A DNA stretch of 64,000 bases from Methanomassiliicoccaceae archaeon (GCA_963728405.1 CAVSJV010000005.1:352001-416000), one strand, 5' to 3'. Shown: positions 43,735 through 55,180, counted from the stretch's first letter. The notes: generated from the sequence alone by a model not told the origin. Program-made: numbers and translations.

Positions 43735-44235
43735 ATGTGGTTCTCCCTCTCCAAGTATTTCGGCCGCTACCCCTCCCAGGGCAAGGTGGCAAAACTGCTG
43801 CTAACGAACGGCCTCCGGGTCAAGGGAGGAAGAGTATACAGCGGGGACGTGGAGGTCGGGGATGTGGCCATCGCCCGGGCGGTCAAGGTCGACCGCCGGA
43901 TCGTGCGTGCGGCGGTCGAGACCATCGAGTCGGAGGAGGAGCTGAGAATGGTGTTCGCCGCCCTGCTCCCCACCACCATGCTAAAAGAGGTCGCTCCGGT
44001 CATGGGCTGGAGTTGCATCGAGATCATTCCCACCGACGCTCACGTCCCGGGCATCCTGGCCGACGTGACGGGGGTGATCGCCGAAGCGGGCATCAGCGTA
44101 CGGCAGGCGCTGGTGGACGACCCCGAGCTGAGCGAGGAGCCGAGGCTATATGTCATAACCGACAGCGCGGTCCCCCCCGAGCTCATCCCTCGCATCAAGA
44201 ACTGCCGCGGCGTTAAGAGCATTCTGATCCACTGA
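43735..44235 (+). CDS. Archaeal ACT-domain regulator of amino-acid metabolism (COG2150-like)
   Basis: F..YPSQ.KVA..LL..GL, IARA..VDRR.V, C-terminal ACT domain PGILA.V...IA..GISVRQ...DP. Confidence 0.82.
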   Translation: MWFSLSKYFGRYPSQGKVAKLLLTNGLRVKGGRVYSGDVEVGDVAIARAVKVDRRIVRAAVETIESEEELRMVFAALLPTTMLKEVAPVMGWSCIEIIPTDAHVPGILADVTGVIAEAGISVRQALVDDPELSEEPRLYVITDSAVPPELIPRIKNCRGVKSILIH

Positions 44236-44271
44236 GCGTGGTCGACTGGAAACGAAGGGTCACGATAAACA

Positions 44272-44559
44272 ATGCTTCGGAGTGACCGTGGCCAGGTTGT
44301 CATCTTCTTCGCCCTGGCCATCATGTCCACGATCTTCGGGCGCACAATCCTCAACTGGTCGCTCCGGTACCTTCCAGCGGCGTTCGTGAGCGTGTCCATG
44401 CTCGGCGAGCCGGTGGGGGCGAGCATCCTTGGCCTATCTGCCGCTCTCGGAAACGCCGTCGGTGGGAGTGGCCATCGGTGGAGCTATGGTGCTAGCGGGC
44501 ATCATGCTCACCGCGGGCTCGGAGATCGGACCTTTGCCTAGTACGAGCCCAAGTCCGTG
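44272..44559 (+). pseudogene. C-terminal fragment of an EamA/DMT transporter
   Basis: STIFGRTILNWSLRYLPAAFVSV..LGEPVGASIL(A)...IGG.MVL.GI; only about 3 TM helices, the N-terminal part is missing. Confidence 0.65.
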
Positions 44560-47500
44560 ACGTCCAGCGGACCAAGCCGAGCACGTTTCATGGCCGCCAC
44601 AGTGGCCCGGGCTCCCTGCACCGTGGTCAGGAATGGTATCTCCAGTTCGACCGCCAGCCGGCGCATCATGTAACCGTCCCTCCTTGTGCCCGATGCCTCA
44701 CTGGGCGTATTGATTATGAGATTAATGTCGCCCCGGCGCATCAGGCCCAGGGCGTCTGGGTCCATCTTCTGGGAGATGGTGTAGACGGTCGTCATCGTCA
44801 GCCCGTTCTCTCTGAGGAACGTGGAGGTGCCCTTGGTGGCGTAGAGCCTGAACCCCATCTCCCGGAGCTGGCGGGCGGTCTCGAGGATCTTCGGTTTATC
44901 CTCATCGCTGACGGTGATGTACACCCCGCCCTTGCTGGGCAGCTTGAGGCCCGCGGAGATGAGCGCCTTATAGCACGCGGCATCGAACTCCTGGGCGATG
45001 CCCATGACCTCTCCGGTGGAGCGCATCTCTGGCCCGAGGATAGAATCGACGCCTGGGAGCTTCAGGAACGGGAACACCGACGCCTTTACGGCGACATGGT
45101 CATACTTGGCCACGCCAACGCACCCCAGTTCCTGGAGAGTCCGGCCCAGCATCACCTTGGTGGCTATCTTGGCCAGAGGGATGCCGATGGCCTTAGAGAC
45201 GAAGGGAACGGTCCTGGACGCTCGAGGGTTCGCTTCGATCATGTAGACATCGCTTCCCTTGACCGCCAGCTGTAGGTTCATCAGCCCCCTTATGCGGAGC
45301 GCCCTGGCGACCTTATCGGCTATCTCCACGATCTTGCTCATGACCTCCGGGGACAGGGTCTGCGGAGGCATGGACATGGTCGCGTCGCCGGAGTGGACCC
45401 CCGCCTCCTCAATGTGCTCGAGTATGCCGCCGATGAAGGTGTCAGTGCCGTCGGAAACGACGTCCACATCGATCTCGATGGCATGTGATAGGTACTTGTC
45501 GACCAGGATGGGGTGGGCCTTGGACACCTTCACCGCGGTGGCCACGTCAGGTCCTCAGCTCGTCCTCGCTGTAGATGATCACCATGGCCCGGCCGCCGAT
45601 GACATAGGACGGCCTTACCAGTACGGGGTAGCCGATGCTCGTGGCGATCTCCCGGACCTCCTCGAACGAATGCCCGGTACCGGACTTGGGTTGCAGAACG
45701 CCCAGCTCGTCCATGAGCGCCGAGAACAGCTTGCGGTTCTCGGCCACGTCCACGTCGATGGGGGAGGTGCCCATCACCTTGGTCTTCTTGCCCTCCAAGG
45801 CCTTCAGCAGGGGCATGGCCAGGTTGATCGCGGTCTGCCCTCCGAACTGCAGAATGACACCATCGGCGTCCTCATTCTCGAGGATGTTGAGCACGTCCTC
45901 CAGGGTCAGCGGCTCGAAGTACAAGCGGTCGGAGATATCGTAGTCGGTCGAGACGGTCTCGGGGTTGTTGTTGATGATGATGGCGTCAACACCCTCCTCT
46001 TGGAGTGCCATCACGCCGTGCACGCAGGCGTAGTCGAACTCGATGCCCTGCCCGATGCGGATCGGTCCGCCCCCGACGATAACGACCTTCTTGTTAGTGG
46101 ACGGGCGGGCCTCGTTCTCCTTCTCATAGGTCGAATAGAAGTACGGCGTCTCGGCCTTGAACTCCGCGGCGCAGGTGTCGACCATCTTGTAGGTCGGCAG
46201 GATGTCCATGCTCTTGCGTTTCGATCTGACCGATTCGGTCGGGATTCCGGTCAAAGAGGAGATGGCGTCGTCGGCGAATCCCATGCGCTTGGCCTTCTTG
46301 ACCAGGGTAGGATTAAGGTCCTTGCTGGCCTTCAGCGTCGCTTCCATGCCCATGATGTTCTTGACCTTATGAACGAAGAAAGCGTCCCACTTGGTGATGT
46401 CGGCGATCATCTCGATGCTCGCCCCCCGCCTCAATGCCTCGGCGATGACGAACAGGCGCTGATCGGTGGCATTGGTCAGCTCTTCCAGGATCTGCTCGTC
46501 GGTCCAGTTCCCGGGTTCCAGGTATTCTTGGTCGATCTCCAGGGAGCGGACAGCCTTCAGCAGTCCCTCCTCGATGGTACGCCCGATGGCCATGACCTCC
46601 CCGGTGCTCTTCATCTGGGTGCCCAGGGTGCGGTCCACGGTGCGGAACTTGTCGAATGGCCAGCGAGGGATCTTGATAACGACATAATCCAGGGAAGGCT
46701 CGAACGCGGCGAACGTCTTTCCGGTGATGCGGTTCGGGATCTCGTCGAGGGTGTAGCCGACCGCGATCTTGGCCGCCACCCGGGCGATGGGGTACCCCGT
46801 TGCCTTGGACGCCAGAGCCGATGACCGCGACACTCGAGGGTTGACTTCGATGACCCGGTACTCCTTGGTATCGGGGTCAAGAGCGAACTGGATATTGCAG
46901 CCGCCTTCGATGCCCAAGGCCCGGATGGTCTTGAGGGTGGCGTTACGCAGCCGCTGATGGTCCTCGTCGCTGAGGGTCTGGGACGGGGCGATGACGATCG
47001 ATTCCCCGGTATGGATGCCCATGGCGTCGAAGTTCTCCATGTTGCAGATGATGACGCAGTTGTCCTGCCCGTCCCTCATCACCTCGTACTCGAACTCCTT
47101 CCAGCCGAGCACGCTCTCCTCGATGAGCACCTGGTGGATGCGCGAGTAGATCAGCCCCCGGCCAGTGATGTTGACCAACTCCTCCTCGTTGTGGGCGATG
47201 CCTCCCCCCGTCCCTCCGAGGGTGTAGGCCGGTCGTACCAGCACGGGGTACCTGCCCAGCGCTTTGGCCGCTTCCTTGGCCTCCTCCACGGTGTGGACGG
47301 TCTTGCTCTTGGGGATCGGTTCCCCGATCTGGACCATCATATCTCGGAACAGCTCGCGGTCCTCGGACAGGGCGATCGCCTTGGGTTGTGTGCCCAGAAG
47401 CTTGATGCCCAGGCGCTCCAGGGTGCCGTTCTCGGCCAGCTCGGAGCAGATGTTCAGGGCGGTCTGCCCCCCCATGCCGGAGAGGATGCCGTCGACCTTT

Positions 47501-47739
47501 TCCTTCTCGGCAATGCGGGCGACCGTCTCGGCGTTAAGGGGTTCGATGTAGACGATGTCCGCCATCTCCACATCCGTCTGGATGGTGGCGGGGTTTGAGT
47601 TAACCAGCACGGTGATGTACCCCTCCTCCCGCAGCGAGCGGCAGGCTTGGGAACCGGAGAAGTCGAACTCGGCTGCCTGGCCGATGACGATCGGTCCGGA
47701 CCCGATGACCATGATCTTCTTGAGGTCGGTGCGCTTCAT
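44538..47739 (-). CDS. carB: Carbamoyl-phosphate synthase large subunit (apparent +1 frameshift at about 45548)
   Basis: [58 protein letters not shown] domain. The two ORFs total about 1065 aa. Confidence 0.96.
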
Positions 47740-48818
47740 TTCCGCGTCTCCAGGATCTTGACGTAATCGTCGAACAGGAAAGTGGTGTCCTTCGGTCCGG
47801 CCGAGGCCTCGGGATGATACTGCACGGAGAAGATAGGCAGTTCCTTGTGCCTCATCCCGTCCACCGTGCCGTCGTTGACGTTGACATGATCGACCTCGAA
47901 GCCCGTGCCATCAAGGGACAATGGATCGACGACATAGCCGTGGTTCTGGGAGGTTATATACACCCGGCCGTTGTGCTTCACCGGCTGGTTGACGCCACGG
48001 TGCCCGAACTTCATCTTGTAGGTCTTGCCACCGAAGGCGAGGGCCAGCAACTGGTTCCCCAGGCAGATGCCCATGATCGGCATCTCCTCCTTGAGGTCCC
48101 TGATCGTCCTAATCGTGGTGGCCTGGATGTCCGGGTGGGCGGGGTCCCCGGGGCCGTTCGAGAGGAACAGCCCGTCGATCTCTTCATTGCGCAGGAATGA
48201 GGCGGGGGTGTCGAAGGGTACCTGCACCACGCTGAAGCGCTTCCTCAGTTCATTGACGATATTGGACTTGACCCCGCAGTCGATGAGGCCGACCTTCTTG
48301 GCGCCCGGCCTCTCGTACCGGAGGATCTTCTTAGTGCTGACATCCGCCACCAGGTTGGAGTCGGAAGGATAATGCATCTTCTGCACCTTTTCCAGGACCG
48401 CTTCCGGCTCCTCGTCGAAGGTGATCGCTCCGCGCAGCACGCCCCGCTCCCGGATGGCGATGATGATGGAACGGGTGTCGAGCTCCGATATGCCGGGCAC
48501 CTTGTTCCTTTTCAGCAAAGCATCCAAGGTATCTTCGCCATACATGGTGGACGGCTCCCTGCAAGCCTCCCTCACCACATATCCGGACACTTGGACCGCT
48601 GGAGATTCTGAGAATTTGGAATTTACACCGTAATTACCGATGATAGGGTGGGACATGATAAGTATCTGGCCTTTGTAGGAAGGGTCGGTCAGGCTCTCCT
48701 GGTAACCGCACATGCCGGTGTTGAACACGACCTCGCCGTACACCGTCTTCTCAAAACCAAAGCCAGTGCCCTCAGCTATTGTCCCGTTCTCGAGGATGAG
48801 GTGGCACTGCTTTACCAT
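47736..48818 (-). CDS. carA: Carbamoyl-phosphate synthase small subunit
   Basis: [47 protein letters not shown]. Confidence 0.97.
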   Translation of the reverse strand: MVKQCHLILENGTIAEGTGFGFEKTVYGEVVFNTGMCGYQESLTDPSYKGQILIMSHPIIGNYGVNSKFSESPAVQVSGYVVREACREPSTMYGEDTLDALLKRNKVPGISELDTRSIIIAIRERGVLRGAITFDEEPEAVLEKVQKMHYPSDSNLVADVSTKKILRYERPGAKKVGLIDCGVKSNIVNELRKRFSVVQVPFDTPASFLRNEEIDGLFLSNGPGDPAHPDIQATTIRTIRDLKEEMPIMGICLGNQLLALAFGGKTYKMKFGHRGVNQPVKHNGRVYITSQNHGYVVDPLSLDGTGFEVDHVNVNDGTVDGMRHKELPIFSVQYHPEASAGPKDTTFLFDDYVKILETRK

Positions 48819-48984
48819 CGAGATTTTGCAAAATAGGAGTGTTGTACTTAAGGTTTGGCATGATCATCTGGACGGAACGCCATAAAAATGTCTTGACGGG
48901 GACAATAATGGTGCGCCAATGTTCACTCAATATTGACTGGCCGCTATTTACCTGACCCCAGCTCGGCAGGTGGCCGTTCGTTAG

Positions 48985-49562
48985 AATAATGAACGCCCAA
49001 GTCGCCTCCCGCTGGGGAAAACTGGAAGGGGAGCTAAACTGCTCAGAGGAAATGAAGGGATCCATTTATCCTATCTCCGCACAGGTAGTCGAATTGGCGA
49101 TAGTATTGGCCGCTACACCCGCCTCCCGGCTCCGGACGGCCGCCTGGCCAATGTCCAAGGGAGAGAGACGATCCTCGTGCAGGAAGACCTACTACTTTGG
49201 GTACAGAACGGTAGGATGTCCTATGATGTCCCCTATCCGAACCATGGTTGCCCTGAGATCGATAGCACCATTCTCCAGGACTACAAAGGGGTTAAGGACA
49301 AGGTCACAATCTGGCCGTACATCGATCTTTATCATTTCAACACGCGGGAAATGTCGCCGCCTAGCACGATGACGTCCAGTTGCCTAGGGCCACGTTCCAA
49401 CCGAACGTGACCTTGGGTGCATTCTTTCATCCCTCTAGCGGACAGGACTCGAGTTACCTGTCCCCGATCTTGTACTATGGAAAACTCGAGATGGGGCCCC
49501 CGATATTCCAGGAGAGGAACATCATCGTCGAGCTCACTCTGATGTGCTACGGGGCGGCTTGA
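48985..49562 (+). pseudogene. Possible degraded or frameshifted hypothetical gene
   Basis: Open frame 48985-49410 continues by a -1 shift into 49380-49562. No family was recognised. Confidence 0.25.
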
Positions 49563-49686
49563 GCACAGAGGCGTTCTGTCGGATGTCGCTCGGGCCCAGG
49601 ATGCAAACATCCTTGCCCATCTTGAGTGAGCCACCATCCACTAGGGATGGATAAAATGAAATAATCTCACCCCATGGTATCCTAGC

Positions 49687-50728
49687 ATGCGCGTCCTCCA
49701 CCAAGACCGGCAGGCGGGAGAGATCAAGGTCCAGGTGGAGACCCTCGACGATCTTTGGCACCTGTACAACATCATCGCCATGGGAGACATCATCATCTCC
49801 TCTACCTATCGTCGGGACGAGTCCAAGACCGACAAGCTGCGCGCCGAGCGGGGCGAGAAGAAGCGCATGACCCTGGGGGTCCGGACCGAAAAGGTGGAGT
49901 TCGCCGAAACAGAGAGCCGGCTCCGGGTCCACGGCGTTATCGTGGAAGGGCTGCAGGACAGTCGGTTCGTACCATACTCTCAACCTGGGCGAGAGCGACA
50001 CGCTCACCATCCGCAAGGCCCACTGGAGCAATGCGGTGCTGGACCGTGTCAGGCGGGCGGTGGAGGATTCCAAGAAGCCCAAGATCCTGTTCGTCGCGTT
50101 GGAGAACGATGAGGCGGTCATCGCCATGGCCCGCCAGTTCGGGATGCAGGAGATCGCTCGCATCTACGCTCCCTCCTCGGGCAAGATGTACGAGCAGAGG
50201 GAGGATCGCAACTACTTCGAGGACATAATCCAGAAGATCAAGCAGGCCTCCGAGCCGGGGGTGCCCATCGTTATCCTCGGTCCCGGCTTCGCCAAGGAAG
50301 CGCTAGTTACTATGGGCAAAGAGAAGGAACCGGAACTCTTCGCCCATGTCTCCATATATCACACCGGACAGGCCGGGATGGCCGGGGTCCACGAGCTGAT
50401 GAAGGAGGGTCTGGGTACTGAGATCGTCCAGGACAGCCGGGCCGCGGTGGAGACCAAGGTCGTGGAGGATGTGCTCACGGAGATCGCCAAGGACGGCCCG
50501 GTGGCGTACGGCCCGGCCGAGGTGGAACGAGCGATCAGGATGGGAGCGGTGGACACCCTGGTCGTACTGGACAGCGTGGTCCGCCAGAACAAGGTCGGAC
50601 CGTTGATGTCCAAGGTCGAGAACTCCCGGGGCAAGGTTGTCGTGATCAGCGAGAGGTTCGAGGCCGGGAAGAAGTTAGAGGCCATCGGCGGCATCGCCGC
50701 GCTGCTGCGGTTCCGCCTACCGTCCTGA
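49687..50728 (+). CDS. pelA: Pelota (aPelota/Dom34) ribosome rescue factor (apparent +1 frameshift at 49960)
   Basis: ETLDDLWHL, LRVHG.I; corrected QDVGSYHTL; GPGFAK, YG..EV, L..IGGIAALLRF. Confidence 0.93.
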
Positions 50729-51082
50729 ACCGGCTTGATGCGAAATTCGCAGAAAATTATTCGTATTATATTTGCTCGATTCCAATGTTAATCATTTTCC
50801 CTCAGACACCACCTAATTTCCGCACGGTATGACAAAAGAATTTAGTATAAAACCCATAATAAGGTAGGGTCCCTCGCCATAGCTCTGCTTAGTGTAGGGC
50901 AAGACCAGATATCTGCTAGACAATTGCACTTGTTCCGAGTGGGACATTGGACATGATGACCTGTTCCTAGGACATGCGCTTTCGATAAATAGCAGGCCGT
51001 GGTTCGCAGCGGTCATCCCGAGTGCGTAATAGGTCATATACATGGGCGCGGGAACGGCGTTAGATAGGAAAGGGATTGAAAG

Positions 51083-52267
51083 ATGAAGGATAAGGAGAAA
51101 GTCCTTGCCAAGCTGGCCAAGAGCAAGCTGATCGTCTGTGACACCACCCTGAGAGATGGGGAGCAGGCAGCGGGGATCGTGTTCGCCAACCTGGAAAAGG
51201 TGCGCATAGCCAAGCTGTTAGACGAGATCGGTGTCCAGCAGATAGAAGCGGGCATCCCGGCGATGGGCGGCGATGAGAAGGTCGCTATAAGGCGCATCGC
51301 TCACATGGGACTCGATGCTTCCATCCTGGGCTGGAATAGGGCCTCGGTAGAGGATATCTCGCATAGCATCGACTGTGACGTCGACTCGGTCGCCATCTCC
51401 ATGTCCTCCTCTGACATTCACATCGAGCACAAGCTCATGAAGACTCGCCAATGGGTCCTGGATAAGGTCGTGGAATCGGTCGAGTACGCCAAGTCCCATG
51501 GCATGTACATCTCCGTCAACGCGGAGGACGCCTCCCGGGCCGATCCGGAATTCATGGTTCAGTTCGCCAGGACTGCCAAGGAGGCCGGCGCCGATCGGGT
51601 CCGCTACTGCGATACTCTCGGGATCATGACCCCGTCCGCGATGTACGATGCTATCAAGGATATCATCGACAAGGTCAACATCCCCATCGAGATGCATACT
51701 CACAATGACTTTGGCATGGCCACAGCAAATGCCATCGCCGGCGTTCAGGCCGGAGCGACCTTCCTCAGCACCACCGTAATGGGTATAGGAGAGCGTACCG
51801 GTAACTCGCCGTTGGAGGAAGTGGTCATGGCCTCCAAGCATCTGCTCAAGATCGATACCGGCATCGAGACCCGCCGGTTGCGGGAAGTGGCCGAATATGT
51901 GGCCCGTGCGTCCAGTCGGGAGATACCTGCCTGGAAGCCTATCGTGGGTCAGAATTGCTTCGCCCACGAGGCAGGGATCCATACCGATGGCGTCATGAAG
52001 TTCCTCTCCAACTATGAACCGTACTCTCCCGAGGAGGTCGGCATGGCTCGCAAGATCATCGTCGGGAAACACTCCGGACGGAGCACCATAAAGCAGATAT
52101 TGGAGGCCAAGGGGATCGAGCTCGATGACACCTCGGCCGGCGCCATCTTGGAGATCGTCCGCGCCACCTCCGTGTCGCTCAAGCGGTCGCTCTCCGAGAA
52201 CGAACTAGTGTACATATATCAGGATTACAAGGATGGGGAAAGCCCCACTCCTCTTCAAGCAAGGTGA
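51083..52267 (+). CDS. aksA: Homocitrate synthase family (AksA/NifV-like)
   Basis: DTTLRDGEQ, IEAGIP, EDASRAD, YCDT.G, HTHNDFGMATAN, GIGER.GN, HEAGIH, GKHSG; no LeuA regulatory tail. Confidence 0.8.
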   Translation: MKDKEKVLAKLAKSKLIVCDTTLRDGEQAAGIVFANLEKVRIAKLLDEIGVQQIEAGIPAMGGDEKVAIRRIAHMGLDASILGWNRASVEDISHSIDCDVDSVAISMSSSDIHIEHKLMKTRQWVLDKVVESVEYAKSHGMYISVNAEDASRADPEFMVQFARTAKEAGADRVRYCDTLGIMTPSAMYDAIKDIIDKVNIPIEMHTHNDFGMATANAIAGVQAGATFLSTTVMGIGERTGNSPLEEVVMASKHLLKIDTGIETRRLREVAEYVARASSREIPAWKPIVGQNCFAHEAGIHTDGVMKFLSNYEPYSPEEVGMARKIIVGKHSGRSTIKQILEAKGIELDDTSAGAILEIVRATSVSLKRSLSENELVYIYQDYKDGESPTPLQAR

Positions 52268-52273
52268 ATTGAG

Positions 52274-53527
52274 ATGGGAACAATATCTGAGAAGATTCTA
52301 TCAGCGCACGCTGGCAAGGAAGTGTCCGCGGGCGACATATGCATCGTACCAGTCGACTTCATGATGTCCCAGGATGGGACCACGGGATTGACGATCAAGG
52401 CCTTCAAGCAGATGGAGGCCAAGGTCATCGCCAACCCCAAGAAGTATGCTGTGGTCATCGACCACAACTCGCCGTCCCCCATGGAGTCGGTGTCCAACAT
52501 CCACAAGGAGATGCGGGAGTTCGCTGACAAGCAGGGCTCGCTGATCTACGACGTCGGCGAGGGCGTGTGCCACCAGCTGTTGCCGGAGCGCGGTCATGTG
52601 CTCCCCGGTAACGTGGTGATCGGTGGCGATTCGCACACCTGCACCTATGGGGCATTGAACGTTTTCGCCACCGGCGTCGGCTCGACCGACCTGGCGGCCG
52701 CCCTGGTGACCGGCCAGATCTGGTTCCGGGTGCCGAGCACTATCAAGTTCGTCTATGACGGGACGCTGCAGAACGGTACCTATTCCAAGGACGTCATCCT
52801 CCACATGTGCAAGACCCTGACATCCAGGGGCGCGACCTACAAGGCTCTGGAGATCTACGGCTCGATCATCGACAACCTGTCGGTGGATGCCAGGATGACC
52901 ATATCCAACATGGTGGTCGAGGTCGGCGCCAAGGTAGGCCTGATGCCCTGTGATGGCAAGGTCCGCGAGTACGTCCGGCAGAGGACCAACGCTCCGTTCA
53001 AGGGGGTGGAAGCCTCGGGATCCGCCATCTATGACCGGGTGATCAGGGAGGATCTGACGAACCTGCCGCCCCAGATCGCCAAGCCCCACGAGGTCGATAA
53101 CGTCGTCGACGTCGACAAGGTCGCCGGGACCGAGCTGAACCAAGTGTTCATCGGTACCTGCACCAACGGGCGGCTGGAGGACCTCAGGATCGCCGCGAAC
53201 GTGCTGGCGGGAAAGAGCGTCGCCAGGGGCCTGCGCCTCATCGTGGCCCCCGCCTCCAAGAACGTCCTTTTGGACGCCATGAGGGAGGGGTACATCGACA
53301 AGCTGGTAAGGGCCGGCGCGACGGTCATTGCCCCGTCCTGCGGCCCGTGCGTCGGGACGTGCAACGGCATCCCTTCGGACGCTGAGACCGTGCTCTCGAC
53401 CGCGAACCGTAACTTCAAGGGCCGCATGGGTAACACCAAGGCCGAGATCTACCTGAGCAGTCCAGCCACCGCCGCCTATTCGGCCATGCTTGGTCATATC
53501 GCCGATGTCAGGGAGGTAATGAAATGA
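52274..53527 (+). CDS. aksD: Homoaconitase / isopropylmalate isomerase large subunit
   Basis: DH, GVCHQ, DSHTCTYG, GTCTNGR, CGPC.G, STANRNFKGRMG. Confidence 0.8.
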   Translation: MGTISEKILSAHAGKEVSAGDICIVPVDFMMSQDGTTGLTIKAFKQMEAKVIANPKKYAVVIDHNSPSPMESVSNIHKEMREFADKQGSLIYDVGEGVCHQLLPERGHVLPGNVVIGGDSHTCTYGALNVFATGVGSTDLAAALVTGQIWFRVPSTIKFVYDGTLQNGTYSKDVILHMCKTLTSRGATYKALEIYGSIIDNLSVDARMTISNMVVEVGAKVGLMPCDGKVREYVRQRTNAPFKGVEASGSAIYDRVIREDLTNLPPQIAKPHEVDNVVDVDKVAGTELNQVFIGTCTNGRLEDLRIAANVLAGKSVARGLRLIVAPASKNVLLDAMREGYIDKLVRAGATVIAPSCGPCVGTCNGIPSDAETVLSTANRNFKGRMGNTKAEIYLSSPATAAYSAMLGHIADVREVMK

Positions 53528-54027
53528 GCAAGATGAGCGGCCGGGCCCACACCTTCGGGGACAACCTGAACACCGATTATGTGATCTCTGGCAAATACAA
53601 GTTCAAGACCCTGGACATGAACGAGCTGGCCAAGCATGTCATGGAGGATATCCGGCCGGGGTTCTATGGGGAGATCAAGGCCGGGGACTTTGTCGTCGCC
53701 GGAGAGAACCTGGGCGCCGGCTCGTCCCGCGAACAGGCGCCGCTGGTACTGAAGGCCGCGGGTATCGGAGCGGTAGTGGCGAAATCGTTCGCACGCATCT
53801 TCTACCGCAACTGCATCAATGTCGGCCTGCCAGTGGTGGAGGTCGACACCTCGCAGATCGCCGAGGGCGACGTGCTGGAGGTCGACATCGCTAATGGGGT
53901 CGTAAGGAATGTCACCAAGAACATGACGCTGGAAGCGAAACCCCTCCCCCCGGTAATGATGAAGATCCTGAACGATGGCGGGATGGCCGAGCACATCAAG
54001 AAGCACGGCGGCTTCGCGCTCGAGTGA
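53524..54027 (+). CDS. aksE: Homoaconitase / isopropylmalate isomerase small subunit
   Basis: GDNLNTD, GSSREQA, SFARIFYRN..N.G, GG. Confidence 0.8.
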   Translation: MSKMSGRAHTFGDNLNTDYVISGKYKFKTLDMNELAKHVMEDIRPGFYGEIKAGDFVVAGENLGAGSSREQAPLVLKAAGIGAVVAKSFARIFYRNCINVGLPVVEVDTSQIAEGDVLEVDIANGVVRNVTKNMTLEAKPLPPVMMKILNDGGMAEHIKKHGGFALE

Positions 54028-54052
54028 ACTCCCAAACTCCTTCCTTAATTTT

Positions 54053-55064
54053 TCATTTCAGCTCTTGGCGCATGCCGTCGTTGATCGCCAGCTCGGCGAT
54101 GTCGGTGGAGTACATGATCGTCCTGATGACGCTGTCCAGGACCGAGGTCTTGGTGACCGCTCCCTTGTTCGTCTGGGCCTGTAGCTCGGGGATGAGCATC
54201 TCGGCCTGATGGGCCAGCCCTTCGGCACGATCTATGGTTTCATTGGACGCTGCAATGTCCCTCAGGAAGAAAGATTCAACGGACTTGGTGAGAATGTCCA
54301 GGGCCTCGTTGCTCATCTTTATGATCGCCCCTAGATCTCGTTCGGTAGGCTTCTTCTCCGCCTGAGTGATGGCATGCTTGGCGATCTTCTCGGCGTGGTC
54401 CCCGATGCGCTCCATCATCCTGGCCACCAACATAAGGCTCATCGACTCGTAGATGTCCACGCCGATCCGCTCGGCCAGGCTGCGGTCCTTCTGGATCAGG
54501 TTGTATTGCTTGACGGTCATCCAATAAAGTCGATCGACATCCTGGTCCCGGTCGATGACATCCTGGGCCAGGTCCAGGTCACCGTCATCGAAAGCGATAA
54601 TGGCGTCACGATGCATCGAGTCGACTATCAGGTGCATCCTGCGCACGCACTTCTTCTGGGGTAGTTCGACCGGATCGGAGAGATCGATGCATCACTAAAG
54701 TGTTGGCCGTTTCCTCGATCACTTCCGGACCAATGACCAGGCGGGCGAAGTCTTTTACGGCGTGCTTGGTGTCCAGGTCCATGCGCTCCTTGGAGCGGAC
54801 CTCGATGATATTATAGCCAGCCAGGTATGCGCCGATGAGCTTCCGCGTTAGGTGCTCGGTCGGCTCCCCCCTGTCGACGGTAACTATCTTTCTGATGGGC
54901 TCCCTCTTCTTCCTCTCCTTAGGGTCGATCGTCAGAGAGCCATCGGACATCACTTCCAGATTGACCTGATCGCCGGCCTTCAGGTTGTTAGAGGAGACCC
55001 ACTCCTTGGGCAGGGAGACCGTGATGGTGGACAATCCGGTCTTCTGCACCTTTCTCGTTTCCAT
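54053..55064 (-). CDS. AbrB-PhoU phosphate uptake regulator (apparent +1 frameshift near 54687)
   Basis: METRKVQ.TG.ST..VSLPK.W, YLAGY, PhoU repeats with DVDRLY and ERIGDHA; divergent from pstS. Confidence 0.88.
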
Positions 55065-55094
55065 GAGCTTCCTGACCATATGTGTCCCTGCAAA

Positions 55095-55180
55095 TATGCT
55101 ATGTATATATAGTATATACAAAACATGTACATATATTCTAGAATATATACAACTATATTCTACTTTACATAGCAATATAG
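55095..55180. promoter_or_regulatory. Divergent pst/phoU promoter with multiple dyads and direct repeats
   Basis: 18-bp palindrome ATATATTCTAGAATATAT (55131-55148), TGTATATA-N3-TATATACA (55102-55120), TATATTCTA repeated 22 nt apart. Confidence 0.6.

Noticed and set aside
45259-46824. Long antisense ORFs (also 52301..53497, 51218..52072, 30985..31788, 10713..11546)
   Set aside because: They are shadows of high-GC3 genes on the opposite strand and carry no recognisable motifs.
48970-49410. Pyrrolysine readthrough at in-frame TAG 48982
   Set aside because: The upstream frame closes soon after with TGA, and the product has no recognisable family.
50953-51021. C/D-box sRNA starting at ATGATGA
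   Set aside because: There is no properly spaced CTGA D box.
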